From NCBI GenBank assembly GCA_951406725.2, contig OX597815.1, forward strand, positions 117,924,001 through 117,988,000: a stretch of DNA of 64,000 nt. Direction: 5' to 3'. How positions within the stretch are numbered: the stretch's first letter is position 1; each line of letters opens with the position of its first letter. Positions 56,855 through 64,000 of this stretch are shown here, piece by piece. Both the position numbers and the translations under genes were made by a program. The DNA comes from Octopus vulgaris. Lineage: Eukaryota. The notes beneath the pieces were generated by a model that searched no databases, was not told the origin of the DNA, and saw only the letters and a list, made by a program, of their open reading frames with translations.

Positions 56855-57413
56855 ATATATATATATATATATAATACATGTATGTGTGTTTGTGTTAGTG
56901 AGTGATGAATGTGTGTATTTATATGTATATTTGTGTGTGTGAGTAGGTGTATGTATATGTGTATTTGTGTTTGTCCCACCAACAGCAACACCTCTTGGAC
57001 AACCGGTGCTATTTTGTTTATATTCATGTAACTTAGCGGTTAGGCGACAGAGACTGACAGAATAAGTACTCTACGTAAAAGATAATTCTGGGATTAACTT
57101 GTTCGACTAAACCCTTCAAGTTGGAGCCTTAGTATGGCTGCAGTTCAATGACCGAAACGAGTAAAGCATACGTAAAAGAAAACCTCAGTTAAATTACGCG
57201 TATTTTCTGTTGTTGTTGTTGTTGTTCATGTCCTCTGTTTTTCCTTCATTTTCAGCGTTGAAATAATATTCTCTAAACAACCTCTGCTGATAGAAAAAAC
57301 AGTATTGCAACTCTACACAGAACTTCGTAGTTCTTATGAAGACTTTTTCGGGACTATTCCAGCAGTGAATGGTTCTTGTCACGTCCGAATACACGCTAAC
57401 GCACAAAATGTAA

Positions 57414-57459
<46 letters not shown>

Positions 57460-57470
57460 TATACATATAT

Positions 57471-58527
57471 AGAGATCCTGATGAAGGAGATGCTATTTGC
57501 TGATGATGCCACTCTGGTATCACACACAGAAGAAGCTCTACAAAGGCTCATCAACTGCTTTGAGCAAGCATGTGGCAACTTTGGCTTATTTATCAGCCTC
57601 AAGAAGACCAACATCATTGGTCAGGCTACATCGACCATCTCAAACATACATATTGGAGACCACAGACTACAGGAGGTGGAGAAGTTTACCTATCTTGGCT
57701 CTACCGTCACCTACAACCTATCCCTTGATACTGAGCTCAATATACGCATTGGCAAGGCAGCTGCTGTGATGGCCCGACTCTCCAAACGGACATGGGACAA
57801 CAATAAGCTGGCCAAAACCACAAAAATAAAGATTTACCAGGCATGTGTACTTTGCACTCTACTGTATGGAAGTGAGACTTGGACGCCATACACACGCCAT
57901 ACGACGCCATACGTCGCCTAAATATCTTTCACCTGCGCTGCCTCCGCAAAATCCTTGGCATCAAATTGCAGAATCTTGTCCCCAACAAAGATGTCCTCAA
58001 GCAAGCAGGAATACCAAGCATGTTTACACTCCTCACACAAAGACGTATGGGATGGATTCGACATGTTAGCCGTATGGAAGATGGCAGAATCCCCAAGGAC
58101 ATACTCTACAGAGAGCTTGTTAGGGGCACTAGGTCTGTGGGAAGACCGTTCTTACGATACAAGGATGTTTGCAAAAGGGACATGAATGCTTGCAACATCA
58201 ATATTACCAACTGGGAAGCAGTTGTCAGCAACCGTGGAAATTGGCGACGTACCGTAAAAGAGGGAACACAAAGGGGTGACATAGAGGGAGAGGAGAAATG
58301 GAAAGACAAGAAAAGACGTCAACAAGAAAGTATGACATTACAACCAGCCAGGCAAAGTATTCGCTACATTTGCGGCACCTGCGAGAGGGAGGCGTTTGTC
58401 CAGGATAGGACTACACAGCCACAGCAGGAAATGTATTAGAACATGAAATGTAAAAGCTGGACTAGATTATTTTATGCGCAACTCCATTGTCTCTCGAGAC
58501 AAAAAGGATGCCAACAACAAATCAATC
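57471..58527 (+). mobile_element. 5'-truncated RTE-clade LINE, frameshifted
   Basis: LFADDA...FTYLGS...IYQACVLCTLLYGSETW, a frameshift at the ACGCCATACG tandem duplication (57894-57913), then FHLRCLRKIL...RMEDGRIPKDILY. 3' end GTCTCTCGAGAC...GATGCCAACAAC; flanked by (TA)n. Confidence 0.92.
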
Positions 58528-58538
58528 GTATATATATA

Positions 58539-58603
<65 letters not shown>

Positions 58604-58803
58604 AGTGTATGTGTGTGTCTTTGTGTCTGTGTTTCGCCCTCATCACTGCTTCACAACTGCTGTTCATTTATTTACATCCACAAAATTTACTGGTTTCACA
58701 AGAACAAACTAATAGAATAAGTACTAGGCTTATCAACATAAAAAAGCACTAGGCTATGTCTCATATTTTTGTTTGCCCACTCAGTTGTATCTATCAATTT
58801 ATC

Positions 58804-58840
<37 letters not shown>

Positions 58841-58865
58841 CTATATCTATATCTATATATCTATA

Positions 58866-58946
<81 letters not shown>

Positions 58947-59829
58947 CACCTTAATGGGACCTTAACTCCCAAATTTTAGTCATTTCTTTTATGATCCAAA
59001 ACTAGATCAAAAGTACTGAATGGATCATTATGAAATTTGGAAATTATATTCTAAGCATAAGGACCATAACCTCCATGACAATTCATATATTTTTGTTGTT
59101 GATGAAATTTTAACCATAGATATTAGACACAAATGAAGTAATATTTATAAGATTTCATCTTCTTACAAAGTTAGAAAGACCCCTCCATGGGGACTTAACA
59201 CCCACAATTTTGTCATTTTATCAAAGCAAAAACGAATACAGTTGTGCTCTTGGATGCTGTAGGGTTACACGAGCATAAAAGTTGGGCATTATTTCTAATT
59301 CAATGGTACAACAGTGTAACAGTTTGCTTTGACATACACTTACATTGTGATTTCTGCAATGTGGTGCATAAATTGTTAAGTAAATGCGAGGCATCTTTGT
59401 CTTCACTGATTCAGTTGCAAAGTGTTGAGTAAAGTTATTTGATTGCAGACCTCCTTTCAGTCTTTTTATTATCACTCGGTCACACATAGTCCCCAGATGG
59501 TAACATTGATTACAAGGCCTTCCCAGATGAGTGACTGGTTATTCAAAGACATTTATAGATCTTAAATTCATTCTATCAAGTTACGTATCAGTATAGTGGT
59601 CATTTGCAAACTCTAGAGGTGACACTTTAATTTCTCCCAAGCCCTCACGTCACACAGTTCTTAATGTTGATTTCAGTTGGGTCACGCCCTTCCAATTGCT
59701 ATAGATTCGTAATGCATCTTACGGCTGTGTCTGTCACCTGGATGGTGAGGAATCCTATATTGGGAGTGGTAACGACTAGGGTAGGGTAAATGACTGCTTA
59801 TTGTGATCATTCGTCTTTTGGTTTCCATG

Positions 59830-59964
59830 TGGCACGATTACAAATAACCCTCATCTGCAATTTTGATGAAATTCGAAACATAGATATTCCAGTTCATTCA
59901 GAAAATATAACAGAAAAGTCTAATTCTTCAATTGAATGTAACCGGGCAACGCCGGGTATCTCTG

Positions 59965-59968
<4 letters not shown>
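59830..59968 (+). mobile_element. Helitron 3' terminus
   Basis: Hairpin CCGGGC-AAC-GCCGG followed by CTGCTAA|T, matching the end of 51068-51465; 5' limit uncertain. Confidence 0.6.
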
Positions 59969-60017
<49 letters not shown>

Positions 60018-63000
60018 TACGCTGCTTTGTGCGACATTATTCATTTAATTCTAGATGGAACAAGTTTTATGCATGTCAGCAATTTTAATAAGAATAATTT
60101 CATTCATATCGGGCTATGAATGACAGACTTGGTTTTTGTTGCTCACCAGCAGAACCACACAGAAATGCATGCATCCTATGATCCAATGATGTCATTCGCA
60201 ACCCACAAAAATATATTTTCATATGTGTCTACACGGAACATTTTCTCTCGGGAATATTTCTGCAGTAAAAGATCTTATCGCGTCTGAATACACTCGAACA
60301 TGTTAATATGACTTCGCATAAATTCGAATAATTTTACGGTTTGACTAATGATATGTAGATTAATTAAAACATTACTGTAAATGTTGTACTGAGTTATTGG
60401 ACAAAGAACCAGTTTTCATTTAGTTGCTGTTGTCGTTGTTGTTTTACCCTGATTCAACTTTGATTGAGCAGATTGTATTATGAAATGTGTTTCCACCGTA
60501 ACTATCCCGACTTCTTTTCAAACATTGGATATATGAGGCTATATTTTTGCACTATGCCTCTCGTCATCGTTTAAAACGTTGAGGTGTAGTTTGAGGAAAA
60601 GCTGGCTTTTATTTCTACCTATTTGATGACTTGTTACAGCTTTTATTCATTAGTTCGTTTGCATTTGGTAAAATGTTAATGTTGGAAACAAAACAAATTC
60701 CAGGGAAATGCAATTAGACATTTATAACACTCCCAAGGCATATCACCACATAACGAATACACACGAAAAAAACACATTAAATTTGTATGCATACTATAAG
60801 AATCAATAATCGCCATTAGCCCCAAACATTGCTTGGTTGTACAGAATAACTGTCACACTCCGATCGAGACTATTTTGGTTCTTTCTCCAGAATCTTGTGA
60901 CACATAGGAACAAATCATAAAGGGAAGAAAATGTAACATGGTCAAGCTGCCATACTGCATCTCTATACAATCAGCAAGTGCATGCAAGTATGTGTAGGGT
61001 GGTCTTCGGCTCAATAAAGACATGGTACATCTGTAGACCTGTGTTTCACAAATAGTCGTTCGGTCTGTTACCTACAGAAAATAAGTTATCTATGTAACAT
61101 AATTCTGCTTGTTAAATGTTGGCCGTAACTACAATAAATAAATAGATAAATAGTCTTATCAGCCAATCCCACTTTAAGATACAATTGTAGTAGTTCCGTG
61201 ATATATCTTTCGATAAGAAATTCATCCGGAAAATGCAGAATATGTATCTAATTGTTAGTGGGCCTATTTTAGATACGTATTTATGCTGTGAAGCTTGTGC
61301 AAATTCATGATTTAGATAATATCATTATTACACAAAACATAACGTCACATTTACTATCCAAATTTCACTCAACTAATATTCATATGAAATACAAGCCATT
61401 GGTATGTTTGCTATAAATTAACATGGATAGATTGCTTTTGTTCTCTATTTACGTAAGCCACATTGATTATTAGAAAAAAGTCAAACTTGAAACAGATGTT
61501 ATATATTTATATTTGTTTGCAGTTGTATCGACTCGCAATTCAGTTGAGTTTAGACAACGCCTGAATGTAAAGAGGAGGATTAAACAATATTTTCAAGCTA
61601 TATTCTGGTTAAATTACAGTTAAATTCTTTACTTAAAATTCCGCTGAAAAGTAATGTTAGGTGACTCGTTAATATCAAAGAACGGACTTTTAACCTTTTC
61701 ATTCTATTCAAAAAGAATGATAATTAAATGTGTTATTTTAAACAAATTTTACGAAACAAAACTACTTTCATAGGAATGGACAATCCATAGTTAGTAAAAA
61801 AATATTCGAAATTTATTTGTTCTCATGGATTTGTTTTTATTATTATTTTTTTTATTATTATTTTACACGATTTTGCTGCTGTGAGTTTAAATCTTCGAGA
61901 ACATGTTCTCGATATTTCAGTGGTTTATTCTTAACCCTAATTTCACAAATATCCATGCCGAGCAATCTTCAAAAGTTTGGAGCGAATTTAACCAATTTGT
62001 AGCACGTCTCACAGAGGTGGCTTCATAACTTCCATATCTAAAAACTAAGCGTTAAATTAATATAATGACATAAAATACCATTTTTAACCATTATCTTAGA
62101 CGAATAAACATATTATCATAGTTGTTAGAATTAATAATTTAATTGGATAATGAGATTAAGTTTAGAGTATTTCTGTTTCAGATCACCATACATGCAAATA
62201 AATAAACAAAATTTTATCGCCAGTTCTTTAACAGTGAAATATTTCCTGACCCATACATGCAATTTATAATTGTGACTCTATGTGTAAAGAACCATTCTCA
62301 ACATTTACATACCATTGGCATGACTGCCAAGTGAAGCATTCTAAGAGAATGTTTGACGAATTTCAAATTCTAAAAATGTTTACAAACGTTATATTTGGTT
62401 ATGTATGTAAACTGATTATGTTTATTCCATACTTTGATACACACAAACACTAATGGTGCTTGTGTGTATGACGTATAGTATTTCCTTCTGTGTATCTCTA
62501 CGAGAGTATATAAGAACGCATATACAGGCGTTTGTGTATGTAACATGTGCATGTGTGCTTATGCATGTCTATAAACGTTGTGTGTCTGATTGTGTTTGTG
62601 TATAGATGTGTGCGTGTGCGCCCGCGTGGATACGCCTTTGCATACGAAGACTGCAAACTATTTAGAAATTAAAAGTGAGCTATTTTCATGCTCGTCATTT
62701 AATTGGTCTGTTATTAAGTTAATTAAATTATTCATATTTTCGCTAAGTTAGTCAAGCTATGTAATTACTATACAGAGCATCCAAAAATATTAGGTAAGAT
62801 TTACTGAGCAGCCAGCTGCAACCATCAGTCCAGGCTGGTTCCATTTCTCCTCTTTGCCTCCTCTACTGATTCTACATCAGCCTGTTCTCTTCTGAGTTTG
62901 TCCATCCGACACACTTATTATTCTTCCTCTTGCCACTCTACTGCATTTCACCTTTAAGATCCCAAGCTAAAAGCTTTGCCTAATTCTTTCTTTGTTGGAG

Positions 63001-63129
63001 TTGCTTCCCTACGATATTCTTTTTTCCAAAACTGTAAGTGTTTGAGTTAAACATTTACTGTACCATTCTTATTTTGTGGGGAAATTTGCACCGACCATGA
63101 GCACTGTCCTTTTTCCTAGATCCCAGGAT

Positions 63130-63150
63130 TAAATAATAATAATAATAATA

Positions 63151-63206
<56 letters not shown>

Positions 63207-63210
63207 AATG

Positions 63211-63269
<59 letters not shown>

Positions 63270-63270
63270 T
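63130..63270. repeat. (AAT)n(GAT)n(AAT)n microsatellite
   Basis: Direct reading. Confidence 0.95.
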
Positions 63271-63271
63271 A

Positions 63272-63600
63272 TGACAAGAATTTTGTGAGAAAAGAGGTTG
63301 AAAAAAATCACCAAATACTCCGAATTGAAAGTGGAAATGACAAGACTGTATGGAATACGAGGGTAATGTAACAGTGATACCAGTGGTGATCGGAGCATTA
63401 GGCTCGTTCCCACTGAAACTTAAAAACTTCTTAAGGTAACTGGAAAACCCCAGCAAGATTGATGTCTTGCAAAAAACAGCCTTATTTGGAAGAGCGCATA
63501 TCTCTTTAAAAAAGTATTATCTGTCTGAGGTCCTTGTTGTGACCTGACAGATGACTAAAGACTCCGGTGCATTTTTAACCTACACTGTGTTACGAAGGAA
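63272..63600 (+). pseudogene. Dong/R4-clade LINE extreme 3' end
   Basis: KITKYSELKVEMTRLYGIR, VTVIPVVIGALGS, VLQKTALFGRAHI, then a short 3' UTR. Confidence 0.8.
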
Positions 63601-63604
63601 AAAT

Positions 63605-64000
63605 GAAAACATCGAAAAAGGCAATACGGTAGACAATTACAGGCCGATATCCTGTTTGCCACTTATGTGGAAGCTATTAGCTGGAATACTCGCAGGGTCA
63701 ATGTACGAAAATCTGGAAAAAAATGGAGCCCTGCCACATGAACAGAAGGGTTGCAAGCGTAAGTGCAGAGGTACCAAGGATCAACTCCTGATAGACAAAA
63801 CTGTACTTAGAGGAAAAGTAACTTAGCCAAGTCATGGATCGATTATCGTAAGGCGTACGATATGATCTCACATTCTTAGATTATGAAGTGTATTTGGTAT
63901 TGCATCGAATGTTGAGCGATTGCTTCGAAAAAGTATGGCGAATTGGAGGATGGACCTGACAGCATACGGAAGAAGTTTAGGGACAGTAGAAATTAGGAGG
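63605..64000 (+). pseudogene. Dong/R4-clade LINE RT N-terminal fragment (runs off the window)
   Basis: [15 protein letters not shown]...[19 protein letters not shown], then SWIDYRKAYDMISHS*I. Confidence 0.88.

Larger units (their letters stand above)
54935..57170 (+). mobile_element. Old SINE family A copy split by the CR1-group LINE
   Basis: 5' half 54935-55095 (...TGGTAGACGGAAACTG) and 3' half ~56960-57170 (GTAACTTAGCGGTT...AATGACCGAAACGAGTAAA). Confidence 0.7.

Noticed and set aside
59221-59790. Possible Cys-rich (CXC-type) transposase remnant on the minus strand
   Set aside because: Motifs appear only by invoking several frameshifts; too weak to call.

Overview
Eukaryotic, AT-rich, microsatellite-saturated DNA whose repeat content (several tRNA-derived SINE families, RTE, Dong/R4 and CR1-group LINEs, Penelope-like elements) strongly suggests an octopus (coleoid cephalopod) genome. 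I found no recognisable host protein-coding gene; almost all listed ORFs are translations of (TA)n, (CA)n, (TACA)n or (AAT)n repeats. Supported elements: two decayed Penelope-like retroelements (RT and GIY-YIG), a full-length Tc1-family transposon with DD36E spacing, a Merlin deletion derivative with TIRs and an 8-bp TSD, a complete non-autonomous Helitron, pogo/Tigger-like MITEs, a young CR1-group LINE nested in a SINE, RTE and Dong/R4 fragments, many SINEs and a ~780-bp local duplication. A repeat-poor island at 15-18.8 kb may hold a minus-strand promoter and first exon. The most striking pattern is that four unrelated foldback palindromes (7.6, 36.7, 48.3 and 54.0 kb), plus weaker cases, each carry a minimal type-I hammerhead-ribozyme-like motif pointing outward from the symmetry centre. 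This suggests several families of tiny ribozyme-bearing foldback retroelements mobilised by Penelope-like elements. All calls were made by eye, without database searches or folding software.
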